Source: Halovivax sp.
GTDB taxonomy: Archaea > Halobacteriota > Halobacteria > Halobacteriales > Natrialbaceae
Length of the DNA stretch: 64,000 bases
Reading direction: 5' to 3' (one strand)
NCBI RefSeq assembly: GCF_007119345.1
Contig: NZ_SKPV01000010.1
Part shown: positions 10,027 through 21,961 of the stretch, piece after piece
Position numbering within the stretch: position 1 is the stretch's first letter
Layout of the letters: every line of letters starts with the position of its first letter
Made by a program: the position numbers and the translations under genes
Notes under the pieces: model-generated
The model's database searches: none
Told to the model about the DNA's origin: nothing
The model's input: only the letters and a program-made list of their open reading frames with translations

Positions 10027-10126
10027 GCGAACGCCGGCGACTCGCTCATCGGCCGGAGGGGAGGCCGGCCGCGACGGTCCGGGCGATACACCTTTGGGGT
10101 CGGTCTGTGATAGATCGATTCACGAA

Positions 10127-10819
10127 ATGGCGTCCGCCCAAGACGTCCTCGATCGGTACGCAGACGGAACGCCGTACGCCGAGCTCGCGCGCGCGTTCCT
10201 CGAACTCGATCGATGGACGGGAGACGATCCGGTGTTGCTCCTCGCCGAGACCGCCGCCGCGACGACCGGTCAGCGATTCGAAACGGGCGTCAAGCCAGCA
10301 GTGGGGCGCTTTCGCGACGCGTTCGTCGAGAACGGACGCGTTAGTTCGTTCGCCGACCTGGCCGCGATCGAGCCGGACGACGAGGCACTGGTCGAGGCCT
10401 TCGGTGCCCAGCGAAAGCGCCGCGTCCTCGTCGAAGGTGCCGCGAGACTGGACGACCGGAAGGAAGCGGACGATCTCGACGCGTTGACGGGGTGGGCCGC
10501 TGGGGCCGACCCGTATCGATATCGGGAGGATCCGATCGGCTCGATATCCGGCGTCGGCCCGTCCAGCTTCCAGTACCTCCGGATGCTCGCGGGCGTCGAC
10601 GCGGCAAGGCCGGATCCGGACGTGACGCGGCTGGTAGAGGCCGTCGACGCGGAACTGGCCGACTCGCCCCTCGACGCCTCGGAACCGCTCCGGGCGATCG
10701 CCTCCTGCGAGTGGCTGGCCGTGGAGAGTTCCTACCGACCGATAGAGATCGACCGGATCGCCTGGTGGACGTACGCGGACGAAACCGAGCGGGCGGGGGT
10801 CCGCGACGAGTCCGCGTGA
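10127..10819 (+). CDS. helix-hairpin-helix (HhH-GPD-like) hypothetical protein
   Basis: PIGSISGVGPSSFQYLRMLAGVDAARPD HhH-like motif; IEIDRIAWW near the C-terminus. Confidence 0.65.
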   Translation: MASAQDVLDRYADGTPYAELARAFLELDRWTGDDPVLLLAETAAATTGQRFETGVKPAVGRFRDAFVENGRVSSFADLAAIEPDDEALVEAFGAQRKRRVLVEGAARLDDRKEADDLDALTGWAAGADPYRYREDPIGSISGVGPSSFQYLRMLAGVDAARPDPDVTRLVEAVDAELADSPLDASEPLRAIASCEWLAVESSYRPIEIDRIAWWTYADETERAGVRDESA

Positions 10820-10836
10820 ACCCGCAATCCGGTGGT

Positions 10837-10902
10837 GACGCGAACCGACGATGTGGCGAACGACGCGAACCGACGATGTGGCGAACGACGCGAACCGACG
10901 AT
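10837..10902. repeat. 25-bp tandem repeat, about 2.6 copies (gacgcgaaccgacgatgtggcgaac)
   Basis: Units start at 10837, 10862 and 10887. Confidence 0.9.
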
Positions 10903-10933
10903 TCCGACCACGGGGGCAAGAAAGCCGGCAGGC

Positions 10934-11659
10934 TCACCCCAGCCGTGCCTCGGTCACCCTGATCGAGCCGCGCGATCCGTCCCACTCGGTCTCGTAGGTT
11001 AGATCGATCCGGCGGTCCATGTGGGGCCCGTCGACGACCATCGTCTCGTACTCGCCGCCCTCGCCCAGGAGGTGGACTCCGTACTCCTCGCCGAGGGTCT
11101 CGAGCTCGGCGAGCGCCGCCGCGTCGATCGTTCGGCCCAGCCAGGTCTCGTCGAGGCCGGCCGCGGCCACCTGCACGATCACGATCTCGAATCCCGCTTC
11201 CAGCATGTCCTCGGCGAGGGAGCGCGGATCCTCCCGCCAGAGCGGGGCGAGGAGGTCGCAGCCGAGCCGGTCGCAAACGCCTTCGATCCGACTCGTCTGG
11301 TACTCGCTCTCGACGGCGCCGGCCACGAGGCCTCGAATTCCACCGGGCAGATCCTCGTCCAGGTTCCGAAGCGCGGACTCCAGGGGCACCACTTCGGCGT
11401 CCCCCTGCCTGCCGGACTCGACCGCCGACTCGGCCTCGAAATCCGACGGCTCGACGGCGACCGTCGGGATGCCGATACTCTCTGCGGCGAGCGTCGCCAG
11501 TTCGGTCGCCGGGACGTGGTACATGTACGAGTCTCCGTCGGGGTGGACGGTTACCAGGCGTTCGACGTCGAGCCCGCGCTCGAGCGCACAATAGAGCGCC
11601 CAGGAAGAGTCCTTCCCGCCGGAGAAGAGCGCGACCCACCCGCCGGTCTCCTCGGTCAT
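10934..11659 (-). CDS. dph6: diphthine--ammonia ligase (diphthamide synthase)
   Basis: LFSGGKDS PP-loop, SYMYH, GAVESEYQ, PLW and GEGGEYET motifs. Confidence 0.93.
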   Translation of the reverse strand: MTEETGGWVALFSGGKDSSWALYCALERGLDVERLVTVHPDGDSYMYHVPATELATLAAESIGIPTVAVEPSDFEAESAVESGRQGDAEVVPLESALRNLDEDLPGGIRGLVAGAVESEYQTSRIEGVCDRLGCDLLAPLWREDPRSLAEDMLEAGFEIVIVQVAAAGLDETWLGRTIDAAALAELETLGEEYGVHLLGEGGEYETMVVDGPHMDRRIDLTYETEWDGSRGSIRVTEARLG

Positions 11660-11750
11660 ACGAACCGATTCGCTCGGACGAGCAAAGGAGTGACGTTATG
11701 CGGCAGGCCGATCACGGAGTCCTCGGCGCACGGACCGCCTCCGCCGTCGA

Positions 11751-12908
11751 TCAATCGGAATCAGGGCCGTCGGCGAGTTCCGGTTCGTCGATGGACGGTC
11801 CGGTCAGGTACGACGCGAAGCGGACGCCCACGATACTCAGGACGAACGCGACCGCGACGTAGAAGGCCAGGCGCTCGCTCGCGGAGACGGCGAAGCTCGA
11901 AATCTCGACGACGCCGAACTCGATGGTCGGCACGACGAGCGGCTCGATGACGCCCTGTTGCTCGAGGAAGAACGCCGAGAAGCCGCGGATCACGAGCCCG
12001 ACCGAGACGACGACGAACGGGAGGTTCAGGTACGACCGCCGCAGCGGTTCGTCGCGGATCAGCTCGTCGAGCAGCCGACCCGCGCTGGCGACGAGGGCCG
12101 CCATCGCCAGCCACGGCACGCTGTCGAACGCGAACTGCATCGCGGGGATGACGATCCCGTGCGTGTCACCGAGGCCGGAGACGCCCAGACCGCCGGCGAA
12201 CAGGCCGACGAGGGTCAATCCGGCCGCGACGACGTACGTGACGACCGACACCTGCCCGGAGTAAAGCGACTCCCGGGCCCGGATCGCGAACGCGGTGAGG
12301 ATCTCGTCGACGCTGAAGCCCTTGTAGAGCAAGAAGAGGCCGATTACCGTGGTGATGGCCGCGGCTCCCTCGGCCGGTCCGACGACGGTCGCGAGCATCG
12401 GGAACACGAGCAGCGTCAGGCCGATGGGAACGAGGATGGTCTGGCGAAGTTCCTCGTCGCCGAGAAACTGCTTCAGCAGGTAGTACGTCGACTCGATGTC
12501 CCTGGCCTGTCTGACCACGACCCGGTCGACGGAGTCGACGCGGACGCGGCTCTCGACGATCGGCACCAGCCGCTCGTCGTCCGCGCTGTCGATGACGACC
12601 ACGGCCGAATCGGGATCGTGCTCGTCGACGAGATCGTCGAGCTGGCGGGCGACCGCGCGATCCGCGCTCACCATCGACTCACGGTCCCCCGAGACGACGG
12701 CGACGACGACGGCCTCGTCGTCGTCGCGCAGCTGCTGGGCGACCCGAAGCGTCTCCAGCAGGGCGTTCACCCCCGAGTCTTCGGGATCCGCGAGTCCGAC
12801 GTCCGTCACGAGCGCGCGGACCGCCTCCCAGCCGACGACCGGCGTGGCGAGCCCGGTCCGGCGACCGACGTCGTCGCTTCGATCCAAGCACACGACCAGG
12901 GTGGTCAC
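11751..12908 (-). CDS. DUF373 family membrane protein
   Basis: GTG start; TLVVCLDRSDDVG...DPEDSGVN...VVVRQARDIESTYY, then TM helices. Confidence 0.88.
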   Translation of the reverse strand: MTTLVVCLDRSDDVGRRTGLATPVVGWEAVRALVTDVGLADPEDSGVNALLETLRVAQQLRDDDEAVVVAVVSGDRESMVSADRAVARQLDDLVDEHDPDSAVVVIDSADDERLVPIVESRVRVDSVDRVVVRQARDIESTYYLLKQFLGDEELRQTILVPIGLTLLVFPMLATVVGPAEGAAAITTVIGLFLLYKGFSVDEILTAFAIRARESLYSGQVSVVTYVVAAGLTLVGLFAGGLGVSGLGDTHGIVIPAMQFAFDSVPWLAMAALVASAGRLLDELIRDEPLRRSYLNLPFVVVSVGLVIRGFSAFFLEQQGVIEPLVVPTIEFGVVEISSFAVSASERLAFYVAVAFVLSIVGVRFASYLTGPSIDEPELADGPDSD

Positions 12909-13103
12909 TGTGCTGACCCATGCCCCCGCGTAGGTAAAATCCTTTACCTCCCGCCCGACCGTCAGTCCCGCCGATACGTGTCTGCCCGCGGTCGGGCGAC
13001 GCCGTCGGTCCGATGATCCACCGCCACGTGCGTCGAGGACGCAGCCATCGGACCATCGTCGGCGGTGCGCCCGCCGCCTCTCACAGCGTCCACGAGAGAC
13101 AGC

Positions 13104-13226
13104 CCCCCATCGTCGGGACGACCCGCCACTCCTCTCCACCGGGACGGCTCCCTCACCCCCATCGTCGAGACGGCTCGATAGCCCCCATCGTCGAGACGGC
13201 TCGCTAACCCCCGGTCGATACGGCCA
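13104..13226. repeat. degenerate 26-bp tandem repeat, about 4.5 copies (cccccatcgtcgagacggctcgatag)
   Basis: Units at 13104, 13130, 13156, 13182 and 13208. Confidence 0.8.
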
Positions 13227-13242
13227 GCGCCCGCCGTCATCG

Positions 13243-14250
13243 TTACGGGCGTTCCGTCCGCAGGCGAAACTCCCGTTCGTCGGCGACGCCGGCGATCCCC
13301 GCACCCAGCGCGTACGCCACGCGCTCGGCGCTCGCACCCATCCGCTGGACCAGCGGCCGGTCCGGTTCGAACGCTTCGACCGTCACCTCGTCCCGACCCA
13401 GGCGGTCGGCGATCGCGGCTTCGACGTCCTCGCGGGTCCCGAGCTCGTCGACGAGCCCGAGGTCGTGTGCGCGTGCGCCGAGGTAGATCCTCGCTTCCGT
13501 CTCGCGAACGGCGTCGGGATCGAGATCGCGCCCCTCGCTAACTCGGTCGACGAAGTGGTCGTAGTATTCGTCGACGATTCCCTGCAGGTACGCACGATCG
13601 TCGTCGTCGAGTTCCTTCAACGGCAGGCCGGCGTCCTTGTACTCGCCGGCGGTGAACTGCTCGTAGTCGAGGCCGATCCGGTCGGCGAGTTCGCTCGCGT
13701 TGAGCCGCGAGCCGATGACCCCGATCGATCCGACGATCGATCCCTCTCGGGCCCAGAGTTCGTCGCAGCCGCTCGCGATCCAGTAGCCCCCGCTGGCGCA
13801 GGTGTCGGTCGTGTAGGCGATCGTCGGGCCGTCGAAGCGGTCGGCGGCCAGCCTGATGTCGTCGGACGGGACGACCTCCCCGCCCGGCGTGTTGAGCTTC
13901 ACCAGCAGCGCGTCGACGGAGCCGTCGTCGTTCGCCCGGTCGATCTGCTCGACGAGATCGTCCGCGCTGGCCGAGTTCGGACGACTGGGTAGCGGTCCGC
14001 CCCCGCCGCCGTCGCGCGTGATCGGACCCTCGACGGCGACCTCCGCGACGTCGTACGACGGAACGATCGAACGGGCGATGCCACCGGCGACCCTGATGCC
14101 GGCGATCACGACGACGAGCGTGATCACGACGCCGAACAGGTCCGTGAGCGTCTCCGGCCAGACGACGAACAGCGCCAGGGCGGCGACGGCGACGATCGTC
14201 ACGCCCACCAGCACCACCGCGAGCCGGCTCAATCGACGGAGGTTATCCAC
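13243..14250 (-). CDS. sppA: signal peptide peptidase SppA (S49)
   Basis: NTPGG, CASGGYWIA, GSIGV and GEYKD motifs; N-terminal TM helices; GTG start is approximate. Confidence 0.93.
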   Translation of the reverse strand: MDNLRRLSRLAVVLVGVTIVAVAALALFVVWPETLTDLFGVVITLVVVIAGIRVAGGIARSIVPSYDVAEVAVEGPITRDGGGGGPLPSRPNSASADDLVEQIDRANDDGSVDALLVKLNTPGGEVVPSDDIRLAADRFDGPTIAYTTDTCASGGYWIASGCDELWAREGSIVGSIGVIGSRLNASELADRIGLDYEQFTAGEYKDAGLPLKELDDDDRAYLQGIVDEYYDHFVDRVSEGRDLDPDAVRETEARIYLGARAHDLGLVDELGTREDVEAAIADRLGRDEVTVEAFEPDRPLVQRMGASAERVAYALGAGIAGVADEREFRLRTERP

Positions 14251-14632
14251 GGTCGGCACCTCGGAACATACGAATGGCTGGGGGGCCCAAGGTGTTAATG
14301 ACTGCCGTTCCGGCCGCGAGCCGCCGATCGGTGGGCACCGTACGGACCTGCAACAGTCGAGAGTCGACGGCCGTCGCATCCGAAGCGTTCGGACTGTTGA
14401 TCCCCAGGTCGTCCGCGCCGCCGACGATTCGCTCCCACGGTCCGCGGCGACGCCGCGCGGCCGACGTTCCGTAAGACACCGCTCGGTGCGGAACCGCACC
14501 CCGTGACCGACCAACGATTATTTTGTACGACAACGGGTAGAAAATTGTCTGACAGGGTTTTATGCCGATCCCTCGCATACGGTACTTCTCCCTGTCACGC
14601 GACGAGACAGTCAGTGATCGGGGGACGAAATC

Positions 14633-14944
14633 ATGAACGCCACAAACGGTAACTCCCACGGAGCGAAACCGAAGCCGAGGACCGCGACGACGATCCGACA
14701 CGACTGGGACGAAGACGATTCGCTCGCCGTCACGATCGTCTCCGCGATCGCCCGCCTCGCGGGTACCGAACCGGAGGACGTGCCCCAGCTCTACGAACGG
14801 ATCGACCCCGACAGCCTGGAAGCGCTGTTCGCGCCGAGTCGACGCGGCGGCGTCCGCAACGGCGGACACCTCTGGTTCTCCCTCGACGAATACGGCGTGA
14901 CCGTCTACGGCGACGGAACCGTCATCGTGCGCCGACTCGAGTGA
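14633..14944 (+). CDS. HalOD1 output-domain protein
   Basis: SLAVTIVSAIA...PQLYERIDPDSLEALF...FSLDEYGVTVYGDGTV. Confidence 0.88.
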   Translation: MNATNGNSHGAKPKPRTATTIRHDWDEDDSLAVTIVSAIARLAGTEPEDVPQLYERIDPDSLEALFAPSRRGGVRNGGHLWFSLDEYGVTVYGDGTVIVRRLE

Positions 14945-15082
14945 ACCGACCATCGACGACGGTCGATCCGCCCTCGCTCCAGCCGCGATGCCGACGCCGA
15001 CCTCGAGATCGGCTGGTCGACCTGCACAGTACCGGACCGATCGGCCCGTTCATCACCGTGCCCGAAAGAAGGATGACGCCAC

Positions 15083-15259
15083 TCGAGACACGACGCTCGG
15101 CGATAGATTAGTTCGTGCCGCTCGAGACCCGTCGCTCGGCGGCGTAATAGATCGCATCGGTCGAGACCCGTCGCTCGGCGGCGTAATAGATCGCATCGGT
15201 CGAGACCCGTCGCTCGGCGGCGTAATAGATCGCATCGGTCGAGACCCGTCGCTCGGCGG
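15083..15259. repeat. 39-bp tandem repeat, about 4.5 copies (tcgagacccgtcgctcggcggcgtaatagatcgcatcgg)
   Basis: Units at 15083 (diverged), 15122, 15161, 15200 and 15239 (partial). Confidence 0.95.
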
Positions 15260-15333
15260 AGAAACGGACGGTGCGAACGGAGACGCGCCGCTCGTCGGCG
15301 AATTCGGAAAACGACCTACTGACTATTCCGCGA

Positions 15334-16215
15334 TCAGAGCAGCCCCGTCTTCTGGAGCTTCATCAGGTCCTCGGTGTCGAGGGTCTCGCCCTCCTTGAAC
15401 TTCTGGTAGATCTCCTCGGCTTCCTCCTTGGCCGCCTCCTTCTTTTTGTCGCGAGCGGACTTGCGCTGCTCTTCTTCCTGCTTGTCCATCTCGCGGAGAC
15501 GCTTCTGGACGCGCACGAAGTCCTCGTGGTGCTGGTCGGCGGCCTCCTGGGCCTCGACGAACTTCTCGTGCATGTCGTCGGCGTCGTCGCGGATGTCGTC
15601 GGCCTCGCGGTAGGCCTCGATCATCTGGTTGTGGTGCTCCTGGGCCTGGTCCGCCAGCTCGGTCACCTTCTGGTGGTGCTGGGAGGCGTCAGATCGGACT
15701 TCCTCGGCTTCCCGGCGGAGGTCCTCGAGTTCGGAGCTACCCTCGAGCTTTTCCTTGCGGTCGGCGTACTCCTCTCGCTTGGCCTCGATCTTCTCGATGA
15801 GTTCGCGTTCCTCCTCGCTGGAGAGGACCTCGGTCTGCTGCTTGAACTCGAGTTGCTCGATGTCCTCTTTGAGCTCGTCGAGGTCTTTCCCCTCGTCGAG
15901 CTCCATGTCGGATTTGAGGTTGTCGACCTTGTCGAAGAGCTCGTTGGCCTTCGCGTTGAGTTCGTTACGCCGTTCTTTGTGCTCCTGGACCTGTTCGTTG
16001 AGCTCGTCGCGCTTCTCGCGGTGCTCTTGGGCTTCGTCGACCTTCTCGCGCGTCTTCGCGTTGAGGTCGTCGCGCTTCGAGGCGCGTTCGGAAGCCATCT
16101 GGTTCAGCTCGTTTCGCCGGTCTCGCAGTTGACCGGCCTTCTTGATAAGCTGCCCCTTCGATTTGTTTTCGAGGTCGTCCTCCGTCAGTTCGATGTTCTT
16201 CGATTCGTCTACCAT
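15334..16215 (-). CDS. conserved archaeal coiled-coil protein
   Basis: E/K/R-rich heptads; LEFKQQTEVLS...ERELIEKI and KFKEGETLDTEDL; SD-like GAGGT upstream of the ATG. Confidence 0.9.
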   Translation of the reverse strand: MVDESKNIELTEDDLENKSKGQLIKKAGQLRDRRNELNQMASERASKRDDLNAKTREKVDEAQEHREKRDELNEQVQEHKERRNELNAKANELFDKVDNLKSDMELDEGKDLDELKEDIEQLEFKQQTEVLSSEEERELIEKIEAKREEYADRKEKLEGSSELEDLRREAEEVRSDASQHHQKVTELADQAQEHHNQMIEAYREADDIRDDADDMHEKFVEAQEAADQHHEDFVRVQKRLREMDKQEEEQRKSARDKKKEAAKEEAEEIYQKFKEGETLDTEDLMKLQKTGLL

Positions 16216-16372
16216 GTGTTCGTACCTCTGTGCCAAACCCGCACCGGGGACGGCGTCCGCTCGCATCGGGCGAGACTTCGGTGAATAAGAGTCCCTGTCA
16301 TCGATCGTCGAGCGATACGCGCCCAGCCGGTGGCGCTCTGGTATCCCAAGGTACCGTCGCTCGCAATTTAAA
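16216..16372 (-). promoter_or_regulatory. TATA box (TTTAAA at 16367-16372) and predicted structured 5' leader of about 130 nt
   Basis: Nested complementary segments on the minus strand: GATAC/GTATC, GCGCC/GGCGC, GCTCG/CGAGC, ATCG/CGAT, GACT/AGTC, GGAC/GTCC. Confidence 0.5.
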
Positions 16373-16455
16373 GCTACCGGTATAGCACCCTGTGAAAACC
16401 GTTAGCAAGGGGCTCGACGCGCCTCCCGCCCGCCGACGGCGTCGGGGGCGGGAGC

Positions 16456-18318
16456 TTATAACGGATATCGGTTACGGATCCGACGGTCGCCGACGACGAG
16501 TTCCACGAGCAGCTCGTCCGCGTCGCGCGGCGCCGACACCGTTCCGACTTCCGTCCTGGCATACGCGTCCGCGGAGGCAGCCAGGGAGCCGTCGCGGTCG
16601 CCGGCGTGCCACCGGACCGCGGCCTCGACGGCCGCGGCCGTATCGTTGACCAGGTGCAACGTTGCGGTTTCGCCCGCCGTCGGACGTCCATCGACGACCG
16701 TCTGGATCGGTTCGAAAGACTCGGCGAGGGCTTCGTACGCCGGTTTCGCCGTTCCTTCTGCGTCGATCACGCCCCGACCGCCGTCGGACGACGCGTCCGC
16801 GAGCGCGTCGGCGACGACGATCCCGCAACCACGTCGGCGCAACGACTCGGCAACCGTCTTCAGTACCGCGACCTGGTGGGTGCGCGACGATTCGGCGTTG
16901 AGGCCGCGTGCGCGAAGCACTCGCGCGTCGAGTTCGCCGATTCCCGCGTCGTCGTCGACTCCCGCGTCGTCCCGTACCGTCGCCGCGCCGAATCCGACGG
17001 CGGCGCGTGCGATCGCCGGGTAGCGTTCCAGCAGCCACTCGACGTCAGACGGATCGAGGTAACCCCAGCCGGGGGAGATCGCCCACGCGTCCGCGTCGGT
17101 CCCCGGCGGACCGGTCACGGGTATCGCGTCGACGTGGGGCGGGAGCGTCGACTCGACCGCCACCCACGATCCGGCGGCGTCCGCTCGCCAGGCCCGCCAT
17201 CTGATCGCGAGTTTCGCTCGCAAGCCCGAACCCAGCGGCGAATCGAAGGGATCGGGTCCGATCTCCCGGATTCCGAGCGTCGCGAAACTCGGGTGGCGGT
17301 CGAAGTGCTCGACCATACGCTCGCCGGTCGCCGCGGCGCGCTCCTGGTCCCCGTCGCTCGGTTCGGGCAGTCCCTGCCAGACGAGCAGACCCGCTTCGTC
17401 GCACGCGTCGTAGACGGCGGACGGCGGGACGTGCGCCGGGAATCGAAGCAGGTTCGCGTTCGCCTCGGCCGCCCGGTCGACCAGTTCCTGATCGGCGGTG
17501 TCCGGAAGAACGGTCAGTCCGCGGGCGCGCAGGCGATGACCGTTGACGACGAACCCGCCCTCGTCCCGCTCGATACGTCGGAATCCGACGGATCGTTCGA
17601 TCGAGTCGTCGCCGAACTTCGCCCGCAGGGTGTATCGGTGCTGCGGACCGAGTTTGCCCGGCCACCACAGCGACGGATCTCGTACCTCGATGCGTTTTTC
17701 GACGCGCACCCGCTCGCCGGCCGCGCCCTCGACCGTCGCGCGCGCCATCGAACCCCCGCCGCGAAAGCCCTCCGGCCGGAGCGAGAACGTCACGCTGTCG
17801 GCGATCGATTCGCCCGCGTCCACCACGAGCGTCGCGTCGAGTACCGCACGGTCGTCCGTCAGTCGAGGCCGGACGCGGAGATCACGCAGGAACGACGGCG
17901 GTCGCCGCGAGACCGACACGCCGCCACGGATGCCAGGGACGGCGGCGTCGGCAACCGCGGCGGTCGATTCGATCGCCGCCGTGGCCGCAGACGGTTCGCA
18001 GACGATCACGAGCTCGTTCTCCTCGCGCGGGTCGAACTCGAATCGCGCCGGCGTGAACGGGCAGTCGTGGTCGCCGAGGTATTCGTCGTTGATCCACACG
18101 CGCGCGTGGCCACGTACTCCCCGAAATTCGACGATCGCTCGCTCGGTCCCGACCCGACGAGGGTCCGGAAATCGTCGACGGTAGGCGATCGGCGCGGCCG
18201 CGTCGACGAACTGGCTCGATCGCCCGGGCACCGTGACGGGCTCCCACTCCGCGACCGACGGCGGCGCCTCGTCGTCCGTGGACTCGACGACGCCGCCACT
18301 CCACTTGCCAGCCATCAT
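16456..18318 (-). CDS. glycoside hydrolase family 2-like (beta-mannosidase fold) protein
   Basis: YRRRF, FRGV...VWIN, PSLWWP...G.QHRY, VGFRRIE, YDACDEAGLLVWQ, RHPS and KPAY motifs. Confidence 0.85.
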   Translation of the reverse strand: MMAGKWSGGVVESTDDEAPPSVAEWEPVTVPGRSSQFVDAAAPIAYRRRFPDPRRVGTERAIVEFRGVRGHARVWINDEYLGDHDCPFTPARFEFDPREENELVIVCEPSAATAAIESTAAVADAAVPGIRGGVSVSRRPPSFLRDLRVRPRLTDDRAVLDATLVVDAGESIADSVTFSLRPEGFRGGGSMARATVEGAAGERVRVEKRIEVRDPSLWWPGKLGPQHRYTLRAKFGDDSIERSVGFRRIERDEGGFVVNGHRLRARGLTVLPDTADQELVDRAAEANANLLRFPAHVPPSAVYDACDEAGLLVWQGLPEPSDGDQERAAATGERMVEHFDRHPSFATLGIREIGPDPFDSPLGSGLRAKLAIRWRAWRADAAGSWVAVESTLPPHVDAIPVTGPPGTDADAWAISPGWGYLDPSDVEWLLERYPAIARAAVGFGAATVRDDAGVDDDAGIGELDARVLRARGLNAESSRTHQVAVLKTVAESLRRRGCGIVVADALADASSDGGRGVIDAEGTAKPAYEALAESFEPIQTVVDGRPTAGETATLHLVNDTAAAVEAAVRWHAGDRDGSLAASADAYARTEVGTVSAPRDADELLVELVVGDRRIRNRYPL

Positions 18319-18502
18319 CACAACGAGTGAACGCCGACCAGATAGCTGTTCCGACGGTCGATCGGGGCTGACGGTTCGAGGGCATCGTTTGCGGGTATCG
18401 CATCCCGCCGGCGCGCGATCGACCGTCGCCCGGGGACTGCCGTCCCCTCACACCTCGGTCGCGATAACAACGCCTTTCCACCCCGCTCACCACACTCTGG
18501 GT

Positions 18503-18928
18503 ATGTTCTACGAGCAACGCATGTCGGTCCCCGAAACGCCGGTGGACCTCCGCGCGGAGTACGACGATGCGCTGGCGAGCGTCGTCCGCGAGGTCGGCGT
18601 CACGGCCGCCGAATCCGGAACGGATGTCGATTCGGAGACACTCGAGTCGCTCGCCGCGGGCGAATCGCCGCCGCTCTCGGTACGGGAGGCGGCGGAGATA
18701 CTCGCGCTGCAGGACGGCGAACCGGACGGCGAGACGATCGTCGTGGAGGCGTGCGAGCACCTCCTCCTCGGCATGTCGACGGCGGTCCTCGACGTCGAAA
18801 CGCTGGCGAGCCACGTCGCTCTCGACCTCGATCCGAAAGAGATCCAACAGAAGATCGAACGGCGCGCGCCGATGTCGTTCGACGAGTACGTCCACCTGCA
18901 GCACGCGATCGCCGATCGGGCGCCGTAA
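18503..18928 (+). CDS. DUF5791-like haloarchaeal protein
   Basis: HLLLGMSTAVLDVETLA...KEIQQKIERRAPMSFDEY. Confidence 0.8.
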   Translation: MFYEQRMSVPETPVDLRAEYDDALASVVREVGVTAAESGTDVDSETLESLAAGESPPLSVREAAEILALQDGEPDGETIVVEACEHLLLGMSTAVLDVETLASHVALDLDPKEIQQKIERRAPMSFDEYVHLQHAIADRAP

Positions 18929-19017
18929 GAGCAGCACGCGATCGCCGATCGGCCGCCGAAAGCCGTCGACCGACCGCTGTAACCGTCGGCCGACCGCTGT
19001 AACCGTCGACCGGCCGC
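18898..19017. repeat. 33-bp duplication of the gene 3' end (18898/18931), followed by a 20-bp tandem repeat of about 2.7 copies (18963-19017)
   Basis: gcagcacgcgatcgccgatcgg occurs twice; ccgtcg[a/g]ccgaccgctgtaa repeats. Confidence 0.85.
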
Positions 19018-19123
19018 CTCTATTCGACCCGCCGAAGCGCCTGGTCCCGTAACACAGGGGGCGTACATCGGGGCTTCGACGGATATGGGTGGATTGAAAT
19101 GTGGCCGCTGGCTAAGATTCCTA

Positions 19124-21871
<2,748 letters not shown>

Positions 21872-21961
21872 CCGACCGCTTCCCGTTTTGGAACCCTTCG
21901 CGTTCGTCGCCTCCGAAGCCGCGAGCGGTGCCGTTTTGGCCGCCCGGTCCACAGATCACGT

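Noticed and set aside
15083..15259. Possible CRISPR array
   Set aside because: The would-be spacers are identical, there is no haloarchaeal CRISPR repeat consensus and no cas genes; it is a simple tandem repeat
14988..15398. ORFs with repeated peptides (also 28814-29062, 59137-59451)
   Set aside because: Translations of tandem repeats whose period is a multiple of 3; no independent coding evidence
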